A stretch of 63,990 bases of DNA, the filler included, from Folioceros fuciformis (taxonomy: Eukaryota), in NCBI GenBank assembly GCA_049999805.1. It is 5 parts of 4 records of this genome, joined end to end, with 100 filler letters (N's around TTAATTAATTAA, not from the genome) between each part and the next. Parts side by side here need not be neighbours in the genome. Positions count along the whole stretch, not along the records: positions 20,894 to 39,053 come from JBNGIO010006265.1; positions 39,154 to 50,000 come from JBNGIO010006265.1; 3 more parts are not named here. One strand, given 5' to 3'. The position numbers were made by a program, and so were the translations under genes. The notes under the pieces are model-generated. The model did no database searches and had not been told where the DNA came from. It worked only from the letters and a program-made list of their open reading frames with translations. Positions 37,301 to 50,100 of this stretch are shown here, piece by piece. Each line of letters begins with the position of its first letter. The stretch's first letter is position 1.

Positions 37301-38215
37301 AAGCTCTTCCCCCTGCTCTATTCCCTGCCAGATGCTTTTGACCTCCTCGAACACACCTTTTTCCTTGAGTAAGCACGTGTTCATCTGAAAATTTTGCATA
37401 AACCTCCTCTACCGCCCCGCGGCAGGGGCAAGCCTCAAGTGCAAGCTAATTGGGTGATGGTCTGATAAGATCGTACTAACTAGAATACTGTACGACAGCA
37501 CCAGGGGTAACCAACAAGAAGGAACATAGAACCTGTCCAGCCTGTGCGCACCCAAATTCTATTGTTGTTGGTTAGTCCAGCTGAACTTCAAGGATTGCGG
37601 CTGACGATGCGCTGGTAGGGCTAGCCACGGATCCTGTACAGCCAAGACAGTGTCTCTCAGTTCCTCCCAAGACATGGGCACCGACCGAAAATCTATCGGG
37701 CTCTCCCCTCGGATATCTTCCCGTCTTTCGACAAAGTTGAAATCCCTGGCCAACATCCACAGGATCTGCTCATCCAATTGTTCCCCAAGTCTACACCACA
37801 AACTACTCCTGTCAGAGGCAGCATTGGGGGCATAAATATTACAGATGCCGAGGGGGCCTTCAGGTGTTTGCAACACCAGCCACACAAACCTACCACCCTC
37901 ATCTTGGCCCGACTCCAAGATATTGTGAGTGTGCTCTGGGTGAACAGTTATGGATACACCCCCCCTGGTTGCTGATAATCGCTGAGTCATATAATCCCCA
38001 CCACTTGCTTCATCTACTCTAGCTGCCACCCATTCTGTTCTACTTGGAAGGAAGAGCTTCTTCACTTTTTGGATATGCTCCGAAGAAAGCTTGTGCTCTT
38101 GCAGGCAAACAATATCCCAAGTGACCTCTTCTAACAAGTGCTTCAGCCTCCTACATTTTCAAGCCGTCTTTGTCCATCCCCCCAGGCCCCTAACATTCCA
38201 TGAAATGATTCGCAA
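37300..38215 (-). mobile_element. LINE (L1-like) ORF2 apurinic endonuclease fragment; putative ORF1 remnant up to ~39050
   Basis: ISWNVRGL, DIVCLQE, NIYAPN, DFN, FSW, RLDRFY, SDHHPI motifs with stops. Confidence 0.85.
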
Positions 38216-39053
38216 GTGTGTCCCCCTCTCATAATTTTTTAAGGTGTCCAGACGCATTTATCAGGATTGCTTGGGAGCTTCCGGACCGCTGCGGGTTTAG
38301 GCATCCTAGCCCCAGACATGAGTCTAGACCGAGACAGCTAATTATTAGCTTTGAGTTCAAGGGACAATCTATGAATCCATTCAGATTTACGGACGGCAGG
38401 CGCACACCTTTTGCCCTCAACGCTTGAGAGCCTCTCAGACTCTCCCATTGTCATGCCCGGGGTCCATGACCTGTCATTCGCCAACGGCACTTCCAAGGTC
38501 CACCTCCATTCAGAAACCTTGTTGCACCATCTTGGCCTAGTTGTGGAGGCAAAACCCCGGGCACTGATTGCCGACGGGTTCCACCTTTAGTGGCCACACT
38601 TATCCCACTGTCGTTGAGACATTGGGTTTCGTTCCCACGAAGGAGCGATGGGGTTCCTTGCTGCTGTGGATGGAGGGTCGGACTTGATCAACTCGATGAT
38701 GGATTCGAGGGCTCCCCTCCAGCTCCGATCAGGCGTAGGACAGGCCTCGCTGTCCGACGGTCAGCTGCACCTCTCTCGGTGCCCACAAACTCACTCCAGC
38801 CACTACAACGACCCTAACCTGTTAGATCTGCAACTTCCTTCACTCACTTCACTCACTCTCTCGTTCCAGCACCAACACCAACAACTACCAGCAACCAGCA
38901 ACGACACCACTACCTTCTACACTTCCCTACGGACTCCTCCTACCCGGCAAGAGTCACTAGACTAACCCCAAACAAAAGGAAGAAGGGAACACACTCCCCT
39001 CTTGGATATCTCCCCCCTACAACCTTACCAGACACCATGAGACATGGCCGGCC

Positions 39054-39153
39054 NNNNNNNNNNNNNNNNNNNNNNNNNNNNNNNNNNNNNNNNNNNNTTA
39101 ATTAATTAANNNNNNNNNNNNNNNNNNNNNNNNNNNNNNNNNNNNNNNNNNNN
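39054..39153. other. artificial contig-joining linker
   Basis: N44-TTAATTAATTAA-N44. Confidence 0.97.
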
Positions 39154-39169
39154 GTCTCACTGCACTCAC

Positions 39170-39524
39170 CCGCTCCTTTTTCTCTTCTTTTTTCCGCTCC
39201 AATTCCTCCACTGCACGAGCTCGGCGGACTTCAAGAGCCTGCAGCTCCTGCTCCCTGAAAGGCCAGGCATTCGGGATTCCAGGATCCTTCTCGACCTTGG
39301 CCTTTTTTGTTCCAATCTTCTTGGCCTCCTTGGCCTTCTTCTTATGGTGCTCCTTCACCTTCTTCAGAATCTTGTACTTCTTCCGCAAGGGCATGCGCTT
39401 GCTCTTGCTCTCTGCAAATCCCAATCACATCAGAACGTCACCATCTGCAGCCCCACCGTGCCTCCCTTCCTTTCGACAACAATTCACACCAATCTTGCAG
39501 CTCACTCTTGCTGCGCTTCACCAT
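39170..39524 (-). CDS. nucleostemin/GNL3-like nucleolar GTPase (NSN1-like), first two exons only
   Basis: MVKRSK|KSKSKRMPLRKKYKILKKVKEHHKK...KDPGIPNAWPFREQEL (GN3L_Grn1 N-terminus); cut by the contig end. Confidence 0.88.
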
Positions 39525-39803
39525 CGTTGCGGCTCAGTCCTGCCTTGCCCTCCGTCTCGCGAATCACACGACTCGTTCACCGACCACGGGCCGCCGTCCT
39601 TCTAACCCGGGGTGGAAATATATATAAATCATCCGAGGGTGCAAAAATAAAATGATCTAAATCCCACTAACCACGGACCAGTACTACATGTGGTATCTCC
39701 TCTGACTTGCCCAAAATGCCCCCCTGATCCAAACCGCCAGTAGCAGGACCAGCTGCGCGTACGAGCAGCAAAATCTTCGTTGCTGCGCGACAGCCCCGTG
39801 GCG

Positions 39804-40934
39804 ATGGCTATGGCTTCGCCTTCCACGCTGGCCTGGAGCCCGTTACCTCAGAGCCCTGCCGGGTATTCACAGATGTTCTTCCATCGTTCCCTTCTGTTTT
39901 CGGTTGCCGCCCGCCGCTTGCTGCCTTCGGTGTGGCAGCCGGGTGTGGGAGTAATGCGATTCATGGGGCAGCAACGGGTGATGCAGGTGCTGGAGCTTGC
40001 GTAGCGCTAGGCCCGTCGCTCGCCTTCGGAGATCTGCAGCATTGCCCGGAGCGAGGGCGGAGGTGAAGTTTGTGCTTCCGGAGGAGGCCAAGCAGCTAGT
40101 GGACGATGGCTACACTTTGGTGGACGTCAGAGACTCTTCGCAGTACCAGAGGGCTCATGTAGTGCCCAGCGTGCACGTCCCGTACTTCATCGAGAACAAT
40201 GACTCGGACCTTGGTAGGAGTCGGGTGGGAATGAAGAACTTGTTTGCCTGGACTGGAAGAGCATTGTCTTGACGGAAGTGTGGTGCAGCGACACAAGCCC
40301 AGCGGATGATGCACAATGGATTTGCCGGTGCCTTGTATGGGATTGCTTTCACTAAGGTGAACGCCGACTTCTTACCTACTTTGGAGAAGCAGTTCTCCAA
40401 GGACAGCAAGTTGCTGCTGGTGTGCCAGGAAGGTCTAAGGTATGCCGCACTGTAGTGTGGGAATTTGGATACTTTATGTCAGGGTGTGAGCGGCCTTGTG
40501 TATTAAATTAGTTGCTTCTCCAGGTCCAACACAGCTGCAAACATTCTGGATGACGCCGGTTTTCAGAATGTGGCCTACCTATCCAGCGGTCTGGCATCAG
40601 TACCTCCAGGTATTTGTGCTTTCTCTCCCGCGCTGCTTGTGAGAAGCCTGCTGCAGGTCCTCATGGCAGCCCTTGGAACAGGCACTTTTCCAAAGGAAGG
40701 GCCCAGGGAACTCAAGGATGCAGGCAAGGCTGGGCTGGTGAGCATCCAGCAGCAAGTCTCCATTGTCCTTGGATCCGTTCTTGTTGGTGAGTGGAATGTC
40801 CAGGCCCCTTAACGTTAGAGCTTTCTTCGTGCTGTGCAAGCTCGGTGACTCTCTGGTCCTGTTGGTGTTCTGCAGCGGCCTGGCTGTTTCTGACGTTATT
40901 CCCCGACACCGCTGAACAACTCTTCTTTAAGTGA
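39804..40934 (+). CDS. chloroplast rhodanese-like domain protein (STR11-like), multi-exon
   Basis: Spliced EEAKQLVDDGYTLVDVRD..QYQRAHV..SVHVP...HNGFAG..YG..FTK.N..F...SKLLLVCQEGLR|S...LSSGL...ELKDAGKAGLV..Q; transit-peptide-like start. Confidence 0.85.
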
Positions 40935-41183
40935 TGAACGAGTATTGGCAATTTTGTTCGAACATTTGAGCTCTGCGGGAAGGCAGGATTGTGCCTCCAT
41001 TCGAACGAAGTGTGTTGCTGGTGCACGTTTGTAACGCCCCATTTCACACGAAGTAATGCACTCGCCCCCGAAAGTAAGATGGCAAGAGACATAGGCTAGA
41101 TGTGTCACAAAAGACGGGAGTTTATCTTAACTGAGCTGACCAGCTGACCGTTATTGGATTACGATGGTTGAATGTAATGAAGC

Positions 41184-42296
41184 TCATTTTCGACGAGACC
41201 ACCTCCAATCCTCTGTATCGCCACATATTTGACTTGCAGACCTCATTTGTTCTTCTTCGTCGTATGCAACAGCGTCATATTCCTCTTCAGATCCTTCCCA
41301 CCGACGGTGAAAATCATCGTCACTGTTGCCGCTCCTGTCACTAGAATCCTCTTCGTCCTCCTCGTCAGGATAGTCATTTCTTGGATTGTCTGCGGCATTC
41401 GAGTCCTCACTGTCATGGTCGGAATCAACCGCATCGAAGACATAAATGTCCTCCTCCTCCTCGACTTCCACAGTGGGGTAGGCGGCATGGTGGTCTTCCT
41501 CGTCTGTCTCTTCCTCCATAGTGTACACATCATAAACATAATCGTCGGCTTCACTTCCATCATCTGCGCATCCTGCATCCTGCACTGCAGACTGAGTTCG
41601 TGCTGGAGCACAAGTAGAGTGCAGATCTGCAAGCGCAGCTGGCACCAGCTCCCGTAACAGCGGAAGATAATTACGCAACAACGGGTCTACTTGAGCTGTT
41701 TGCTTGGCTTTCTTCCGTTTGGCGGCCTTTGCAGCTGCCTCTGCTTCCACGTCCACCCGAACAACATCATACAGCTGGAAAAGCTCCGCAGCCGCGTCCT
41801 TCTTCTCTTCCCCATCAAGAACCCCTCGTCTGCTGCGCCAGACCTGCTGGAACCTGGCAGCCCTGGCCAGTTCATCATGCTGTGCTTTCTGTCCTCCAGT
41901 AGGTGACCGAGGGCGGATGTTGGGCTTACGCTGCTCCTGCCGCCGGTTCCTTTTATCTACCTTCAGCTCCTCGATCGATTCCAACAAAACTGCATCCCCG
42001 AGGGCAGACGAGGTCACAGTCTCTAGCAGGGAAAACAAATGTTTTGTTCCCGTCGCTTCACCCGCATCAGCTTCAGCTTCTGCCAGACTTAACCCTTCCA
42101 CACCCGATCTCCTCTTGAGCGGCCTATCATGAACCTCCAGCCACAGAGCCTCAATGGGAGGCACATCCCGCTGCCTCTTGACACGTACCACTATAGGTTT
42201 CGATGGTTTCGGAGGATCGAAGCCCCCCACGTCCTGCTGACCACCCTTGTGGTCTTCTGATACATCCTCCACTGCACCTCCTCCTTGACACGCCAT
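41184..42296 (-). CDS. RDM4: RDM4/DMS4 (IWR1-domain) RNA polymerase-associated factor, intronless
   Basis: KPIVVRVKR..., WLEV..RPLKR, ARFQQVWRSRRG, YDVVRVD, DDYVYDVY, DSEDSNA.DNPRNDYPDE. Confidence 0.88.
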   Translation of the reverse strand: MACQGGGAVEDVSEDHKGGQQDVGGFDPPKPSKPIVVRVKRQRDVPPIEALWLEVHDRPLKRRSGVEGLSLAEAEADAGEATGTKHLFSLLETVTSSALGDAVLLESIEELKVDKRNRRQEQRKPNIRPRSPTGGQKAQHDELARAARFQQVWRSRRGVLDGEEKKDAAAELFQLYDVVRVDVEAEAAAKAAKRKKAKQTAQVDPLLRNYLPLLRELVPAALADLHSTCAPARTQSAVQDAGCADDGSEADDYVYDVYTMEEETDEEDHHAAYPTVEVEEEEDIYVFDAVDSDHDSEDSNAADNPRNDYPDEEDEEDSSDRSGNSDDDFHRRWEGSEEEYDAVAYDEEEQMRSASQICGDTEDWRWSRRK

Positions 42297-42771
42297 TTGC
42301 GCTCCGCCCGCCTCTGCGCTGCCCGTTGCTAATTACCGAATGAAAACCCTAGAAAACGTGTGCGGGTCGATTCTGCTGTGGAAGGTAACACCTTAATGAG
42401 AAGAGAAGAACTTCTGTATAGTCTGTAAGGACGGGTTTCCGTCATGGGACTTGGTCTTGTACAACAAACCTTAGCTACTTGTTCCAAACGGTTACCTGCC
42501 CCCCTCTTCCTCCCACACCCCAAGGGGCCATCTACATAGAGGTATCCTTCCCTCTAGGGATTCTCCTAAACGGGCTACCTCCGCTTTAGGGCGCCCCATC
42601 CAAGTGTGTCCTTAATTATCGCAGTGCGTCGATTTGCTGTAGGAGAAGGTGTTTAGTGTTTAGGGTTCGAGGCCGACGATATTCGCAGGAACCGTCGATA
42701 CCTCTCTGTGCAGTCGTTTGACCTTCACAGTATCGTGTGGAGTCGAGCCAGCCGTTCTCTTTCCTGCAGCC
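42297..42771. promoter_or_regulatory. divergent intergenic region between RDM4-like and DPH3, with telo-boxes
   Basis: 475 nt between head-to-head ATGs; AAACCCTA at 42344-42351 and TTTAGGGTT near 42659. Confidence 0.5.
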
Positions 42772-43221
42772 ATGTCGTACGACGAGGTAGAGATCGAGGA
42801 TATGGAATGGCGGGAGGATCTCAAAGCGTTTACGTACCCCTGCCCCTGCGGCGACCTCTTTCAAATCACGAAGGTAAGTAATCCTCCTAGTCCCTGCCGT
42901 AACTCTAATTTGAGCTTCAGCTGCCTGTCTGCTCCTACTTCTTTGAGTTTCAACTTCTCGCTTGCAGGCAGAGTTGAGTGCTGGTGAGGAGATTGCTCGG
43001 TGTCCAAGCTGTTCGCTTTACATCACTGTTATTTACAGTCCGGTAGGTAAACTGGAAGGAACTCTTGGGTATTCGTCTCCTTCAGTTTGTCATCGAGGTC
43101 CTAGGCGGTTGAACCTATCATATTGAATCCCAATTTTGTGGTGTGGTAGGAGGACTTTGAAGGCGAGTTTCTAGATTCGGTTCCAACAGAAACCATAAGT
43201 CAACCCATTGCTGTGGCATGA
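42772..43221 (+). CDS. DPH3: diphthamide biosynthesis protein 3 / KTI11 (CSL zinc finger), 3 exons
   Basis: [13 protein letters not shown]...[43 protein letters not shown]...IAVA*. Confidence 0.93.
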
Positions 43222-44878
43222 GTTGATAACACCCGTTCGAAACATGTGTTACTGCTGAGGCATGCGGACATGTAAAGGGTGAGGCTACCAACCACTCACC
43301 GCTGAAGGAGTGAGCATCTGGAATGTCAACTTGCTGAGACCTTGTGTTGTCGAATGGAGCAGGAACTCAAAGGAAACACCATCAGACGTGCTCGGGTTTG
43401 TGGCAAATGAGTTCTGAGGCTGGTATTAGCGGCTTGGATTATTGTAAGTTGTCTATGACATTATGTGGCCACGTCTCAGTGGTACCCGAACAGCGCTTCA
43501 GACACAGGCTCATCCGGGATGATGAGCTGCAGTTCTTGAAGTGCAAGCTGTGAGGTCTAGTATACGGGGTGTTCTTTCACCACAGGTTTTCCCCCAGAAC
43601 GAGGTGTGTAGCACATGTTGAGAAATGGAAGGAAATATGCGTGTGTGTGACTGACTGACTGGCACGTCACTTGCGTGTTTGGGTCACAAATTCATATTGC
43701 ACGGATTTGGCTATTGTAGGGGTGGACTAGGTGACGGCGGTATGGTGTCGAAAACCCATTTGCCTCAAGGACCGTGCCGCAAACCCTGATGCGTCAGGAG
43801 TTCAGAACATCACCAGTCTTTCAGGGTGCATGATTCTGAAGTGTGGACAGTATCGAGATCCCTAGAAAAGCTGTAGGAGTAAAATGCGCCCTGCCAGAAT
43901 AAGTGACCTGCCAAGCGCACCAGACGACAACAGGCAAGGACGTGCGGGAAGGACAGCCACGTCCTCATCCATCAGCAAGCAAGATTCATATGTACAGACA
44001 CAAGTGCCATCGCCGCTGCAGTCTCCGTTCGCAGGGTTTATTATCTCGCGTGATAAACCCTAAGATCCCATGCTGTTGCACGACCCGTCCCTGTAGCTAT
44101 ATTATTCCCACCTTTTTACATCCACTTCGGGATGGGAAGATGTTCGGCAATTCATATGAATCTAAAATGTCAATCTCAATCCACATAATTTTGTTTCACA
44201 CTCAAGGTCCATCTATTCTTGTTCCATTTTCCCAAATCATGCTAAAAATCCATGAAAGCTTGAAAAGCTCACGCTGGCAGCTAAGGGAGATGTCCAGTGT
44301 TGACTTTCGAGTATTTTAGGATTAAGTGTAGCTACATACGTAAAATTGTTGATATTAGATTATATTTTGAACATGGACATGGAACTACCTTGGTAGATTG
44401 GACTATGTTTTGGACTTAAGTTAGGAAAAGAGATGTAAAAACTTAGCGCTACGCTAAGACCGAGGTATTATATCCTGATATCAGTAAGCGTTATAAATAG
44501 AGTTGCTTTTTCTGACCCAAGGTCCTAGTCCTATTAGAGGAATTTTTCTGCATAGAGCACTATCCTAATAAAAAAAATGGAGTTCCCAATTGCACGGATA
44601 TACTCGAAACGAGTCCGCCAGAATATACGAGAAGGATTATTTGTTCGTCTGAGATACGTCTCTGTAACAAAAAAATGTCCATGTCCGGTAGAAAACTCAA
44701 GTCTTGCAAATACTCGGGCCAAATCACTCCTAGAAATATGGATTTGTTACGTCACGAAGGATCTGCAGCAGACTGTTGNNNNNNNNNNNNNNNNNNNNNN
44801 NNNNNNNNNNNNNNNNNNNNNNNNNNNNNNNNNNNNNNNNNNNNNNNNNNNNNNNNNNNNNNNNNNNNNNNNNNNNNN

Positions 44879-47800
44879 AGACTGTTGCTCTCTGTTCAGT
44901 CGCAGGAAGACTGGAAACACAAGAAAGGGAGTTAAGCTGGATCTGGAGTAGGCGTTCCGCCTGCTGTAACTCAGAATACCTTTGCCAAAGTCTACAAAGG
45001 GCAAAGAGCTGAGAAAAGAATACACACTACGTCGCGGCCAAGGGCGTGAAGATCTGTTAGTCTTTAGTTGCTCTACCCTTGGTCTTCGGCTTTCCCTCTG
45101 AAGAGAACGGCACACTCTGCCTGTTGGACTTGACAGGGTTGGGTTGAGACCCACTCACAGCGGCTAATGAATGTGGAGACATCGCCGACAGGGGAGCTCG
45201 ACTGCTCTTGGAGCTTCCAACTCTTTGTCCAGCACTCGGGGCCTTGGCAGTTGCTGCACTTTTCGGCTGTGAGGAGCACAAAGCACTCCTCGGAGCTCCC
45301 TTAACAGCTCTCGATGAACCTGGAGCCCTGCCACTTTCTTTGTTCACGGTACTACCACTCTTGTCTGGCTTGGCCCAGCCATTCACACGACCGGCAGAAC
45401 CCACAGACCCTCGCAACCCACATGCATTTCCTCGAGAAGGTACTGATTTTCCCAAACTTGGAGATGCCTCCGTCACTTGGCTCAAGCTTTTTCTCTTCTC
45501 ACTCACAAGAGCTTTGTTGGGAGGCACGTTGCCACCATCCAAACTGTCCCTGCCTTCACCTTGACTGATGGCAGAGGCCCCAGCAATCCCTCCTCCCAAG
45601 TTACCAATCTTCATACTTTTTGCAGCCCTCTGAGTTGGGGCTCCAGGATATGGGTCAAATCCTCGCCGCTTGTTTAATATGGAAGCTGGAATTTCGTAAG
45701 GTTCATTTGACTCCTTCATCTGTATTAAGGCCAAAGCTCCTTCTATAATAGAAGGAGACCAAGGTGCTGCAGCAACGAGAAACAGCAATCAGTACCGCAC
45801 GTCAATCGTTTCAAGCACAAATGTGAACTCCAACACCCATGTCAGATGCATACCTTCCTCTGGCTCTGCTGAAGATTTGAGCTTCAGCTCTGCCTCTTCC
45901 AAGGAGGAATCAGCAACGGCAGCTCCTACTTCGTGCTCCGCCGTACTGACATCCACATCTTGCTGCTTGTTCCGTAGGATCACTCCTGCTGCTGCACAGT
46001 CTGCAACTCCTGAGAGAGTACTCGACAGCAATTTACTGTCACCATCAGTTATTAATCTGTCAATATGACCGTTGGTCGCTATTTCAGCCACCATCGGGCC
46101 TGCAAGGACCTTTCCACCCTCAGTAGGTGAAGCTGCGAAGCTTGGCCCTGTTTCTACTTCCATGGGAGAAGCACCATCAGCAAGAAGCGTACTGACTCCT
46201 TGCGGCCCCCCATAAGCATGGGTTCTTGTGCACCTTTCAGCCATGGAAGTCTCATCACCTGCTGGATGGCCCTGTGCACTATCAGGAACAGGAGAGGTTG
46301 CTCTAGACCCTGGATCCTTATCTAATGAATCACCTATCCCAAGTTCCTGCAAGTCTAAATGACCAGATGCAAACAATCCACTCTGTGGCCAACAGTCACT
46401 TCGTGCAGGATCACACCGGATCCACGGACGCTGACAACCCTTTCCCAGCTTCTGAGGAGATTGGTCAATATCTGCTTCTGATTTGAAGGAGCCCATGGGG
46501 GGCCGTGAAAAAGGCTGGAGTGGAATCCTAACGCAACTCAAGCCCATAGGTGAAATAGCAGGAGATGCACACTCCACATGGCGGTAACCTAGATCCGCAT
46601 GCGACGGTGCAGACGGAGCGGGAGAAAGCTTCAGGCTCTCGTGAAACTCGTTAACAGATGATAGGCGCAGGTGACTGATGTCAAAGCCTTGGCCCGACTG
46701 TGCTGGTGCCTTCTGCGCAAAAGGATCAGGGCAAACCTGAAACAAACCGAGGACAAGGTCATCATGTCGGGCTCGGCACATGCACAACTTCAGCCCTCTC
46801 TCGAAAAAGGAGAAGAAAAAAAAAACAGAATTCCACGGCCACGAAACATGTAGCTGTACCTCAGATGCAGGAGCCATGTCCTGATCACCCTGATTGTCTC
46901 GTTCTGAGCTTGCATCCACAGTTCGCCCATTAGGGTCGTTTTCATCTGCTTGTACAGGCGATTCAAGGTCAAACAGCATCCTTTGCGGCCGCATTTTCCC
47001 AGTGGATTTAGTGGCCATGATTGTTGAGTCCCCTGGTTTTGACGCAGTTGCGTCCAGTGATGATCGTCTGACAACAGTTGCCGACTGCCTGTGGGAAGGT
47101 GGGAGAAAGGCCAAGATGCTGCTGATGTGCTGGTCCAGAGGGACCTCGCCATCACTTCTCTTTGACATCCCACCAGAGACTGCCGCAGAGCTCACGCTTG
47201 GTTGTGAGCTCCGGGCAATGAGCTCAGCCAGAGGTATGTCGGTAATATGGTGGGAGATATCAACAGGCTTAGTCTTGAGTCCGTACACATCTGGAAAAAA
47301 CAGGAACCGAAATTGGAAAGTGTCCACTAATTCATGACACATATGTTGTTTGTCACATGGTGTGCACAAGTGGATGAGGTTGGGGGGTTATACATACCGA
47401 AGGCACCCGACCGAGGTGCATTTGTGCCGCAATTGACAGCACTGATCTTAGGCAGGGCGTCAGACGCAGTGGTCGTAGGAAGTTGAGTTGCTCGTTTATC
47501 ACCACGTCGGGATGCTGGGGCGCTCAGCTTTTTGACAGCCCCCTTGTCTACTCTGTCTGCTTGGATGACAAGGGTGACGCGTGTAAGATATGAAAGCCAA
47601 GCTTAAGAGCAGACGAGTAGCGCAAGGGAGGCAGAGAGACAACAAGGGATGATTAATCAGGGACAAAAGCAGACTCACCACTGCTGATGGCACGCTGGCG
47701 GCCTCCACCGCTTGCTCTCGGTGCCGGTACTGTGATACAGTCCAGCAAGCCTGCGGGCAATCCTTCTTCCACCGCTGGCTGAGCTGTTCTGCTCCTCTTC

Positions 47801-48100
47801 CTGCTCCCACCACCCCCTCTACTGCCCCTGCCTCCACCATCTCTCGCCTTCTTCCCCTTGTCAGGTGCAGCCTCCACAGGCAGCAGGGGTGCGGCCACAT
47901 CTCCGGGCTTGGGCAATTGAGCCACGATGACAGCACCAGGGGACGCCTTGACGACGTGGTGGCAGTGAGCGCCGTTGAGCGGCTGCGGAGGCAAATACGC
48001 CTGTAACGCGGCTCTTCTTGCAATCTCAGGCAGAGCAGCTGCGCTGGTTCCTGAACACCACAAGCACGGACAAGTGAACGGCCTGCGGAGCGCATTACGC
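44879..48100 (-). CDS. uncharacterised multi-exon, S/P/A-rich plant protein; boundaries uncertain, both ends near gaps
   Basis: Long same-strand ORFs separated by GT..AG introns; short conserved-looking blocks AVIVAQLP, RRGDKR, GAFD|VYGLK...DISHHITDIPLAEL. Confidence 0.55.
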
Positions 48101-48630
48101 ACTCTCTCACACACACACACATACACGGCCCAAAAAAAAAAAAACAAACAAAATCCCGTCCGNNNNNNNNNNNNNNNNNNNNNNNNNNNNNNNNNNNNNN
48201 NNNNNNNNNNNNNNNNNNNNNNNNNNNNNNNNNNNNNNNNNNNNNNNNNNNNNNNNNNNNNNAGTGCATACCAGGGAGAGGCGAGCCGTGAGGAGGCATG
48301 GAGGCAGGCTTGGCGTGAGTGAACATGGGAATGTTCATGGCTCTAAAACCGCCATTGACACCAGTAAAGGGCACTCCTCTGGACAGGGCCTCAGAAGACA
48401 ATAAGGTATCAAGCACCGGCTTGCGCAGCGGCGGCTGCATCTCCACATAATCCATGTTGTAGATAGTCCGGTGCCGTGCCCTCCCCGGGGCACCAGACTT
48501 GGCCAATTCCGAAGCCAAATACGAGTATCTAAACTAATCTAGTGAACCTACTCAACTCAGGAGCTGGATGAGGAAAGCGGAACAGGCCGCATCCCGTGAC
48601 GCCCATGACCTAACATCGCATATGGCGAAG

Positions 48631-48685
48631 CGAGGCAAGGCAAGGCAAGGCAAAGGCAAGGCAAGGCAAAGGCAAGGCAAAGGTA
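48631..48685. repeat. (GGCAA)n microsatellite
   Basis: Directly visible. Confidence 0.8.
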
Positions 48686-49614
48686 AAAGCAAAAGCAGGA
48701 GAGTCGTCTTCAAGGTTGCGCAGCCGAAAGACGCAATGCTACCCTTTCCTATCCTTTCTTTCCTGTCCTCTTCTTTCCTTTCCTTCCGTCCCTCTCCTCA
48801 AAAAGGCAGCAACAAGGTCCAGAAGACGGGCCTGGCCGGGACCCTAAACCCGGGGCGGAGGCGGGAATTAGCAAAGAGCGGCACAGGGCAGGGATCTAAG
48901 ACGGTGGCACCTCCCGGCAATTACTCCCACTCTGATTCCAAGACACCAATTCCGGCGTGCGGAAGGCGGCGGCCATGAACAAGGCAGGCAGGCAGGCTCC
49001 AGTCCGGGTAAGCGATCCCGCGCGTCCAGGTTGTCCAATTCAAAACCACTGCTTGCGGCTCTGCCTCTCTCCCTGTTCCTCACAGCCTCACTCACTCCAG
49101 TCCGGTCCAGTCCAGTCCACTCAACTCACTCTCTACTTGACTTTGCGTTTCTCCGGGCCTGGCTCTACTCCAAACACTCTGCACAGCAGGCGGCGCAAGA
49201 GCAAAGAAACAAATTTACCTAGAGCGCAAAAGACGGGGCAAGGGAAAGGCATGAAAGGAATGCGTAATCGGCAGCTGTTGCCCTGGGCGGGAGGGCAATT
49301 GCAGAGCAGAGCGAAGCAGAAGAGAGGAGAGGGAGCTGGCAGCAATCGGACATACCTCGGCGGCGCAAATTGCAAGGAATCCAGGAGGGAAGGGGAGCGG
49401 CGGGCGCGCCTCCTGGTGGCGGTGGCGGTGGCGGTGTCGGTGCGGGTGTGGCGGCAGGCGTTGCCGNNNNNNNNNNNNNNNNNNNNNNNNNNNNNNNNNN
49501 NNNNNNNNNNNNNNNNNNNNNNNNNNNNNNNNNNNNNNNNNNNNNNNNNNNNNNNNNNNNNNNNNNGGCGCGCGGTTGCGCTTCCCGGGTGTGCGTGCGG
49601 GCCACGCTTGGTGT

Positions 49615-49645
<31 letters not shown>

Positions 49646-50000
49646 CAGGCGGTGGGAAATGGCTCCGCCTGTTCCCGGTTCCGCAATTGCTCTTGCAGCA
49701 GCGAGGCGCGACGCGCCAGGGGGACGCAATCCTGCACGGCAAGGCACGGCAAGGCACGGCACGGCGCGTCCTCTCTCCCCCGTCCGGCAGCGCGAGCGTC
49801 GTGCAAGGCCAGGAAGGGCAAGGGAAATGAAAGCGGAGGAGGGGGTAAGGGAAGAGGAGGAGGAGGAGGGACAGGGCAGGGAGAGGAAAGGGAAGAGAGT
49901 ATGGTGTGTTGTGCATGTGTTGTGTTTGTGTGCGTGGCCGAATGTCTCCAAAAGGTTAGGCCGGGCCGAAACCCCCAAGCCGAGGCTGGGGTCCTAGCCT

Positions 50001-50100
50001 NNNNNNNNNNNNNNNNNNNNNNNNNNNNNNNNNNNNNNNNNNNNTTAATTAATTAANNNNNNNNNNNNNNNNNNNNNNNNNNNNNNNNNNNNNNNNNNNN
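50001..50100. other. artificial contig-joining linker
   Basis: N44-TTAATTAATTAA-N44. Confidence 0.97.

Noticed and set aside
43220-43560. Possible C/D-box snoRNA downstream of DPH3 (TGATGA/CTGA words)
   Set aside because: No convincing C/D pair with terminal stem or recognisable rRNA guide.
48568-50000. Long ORFs on both strands (346, 281, 233, 228 aa)
   Set aside because: They span N gaps and GC-rich microsatellites and have no recognisable domain. A first exon of the minus-strand gene may lie here but cannot be supported.
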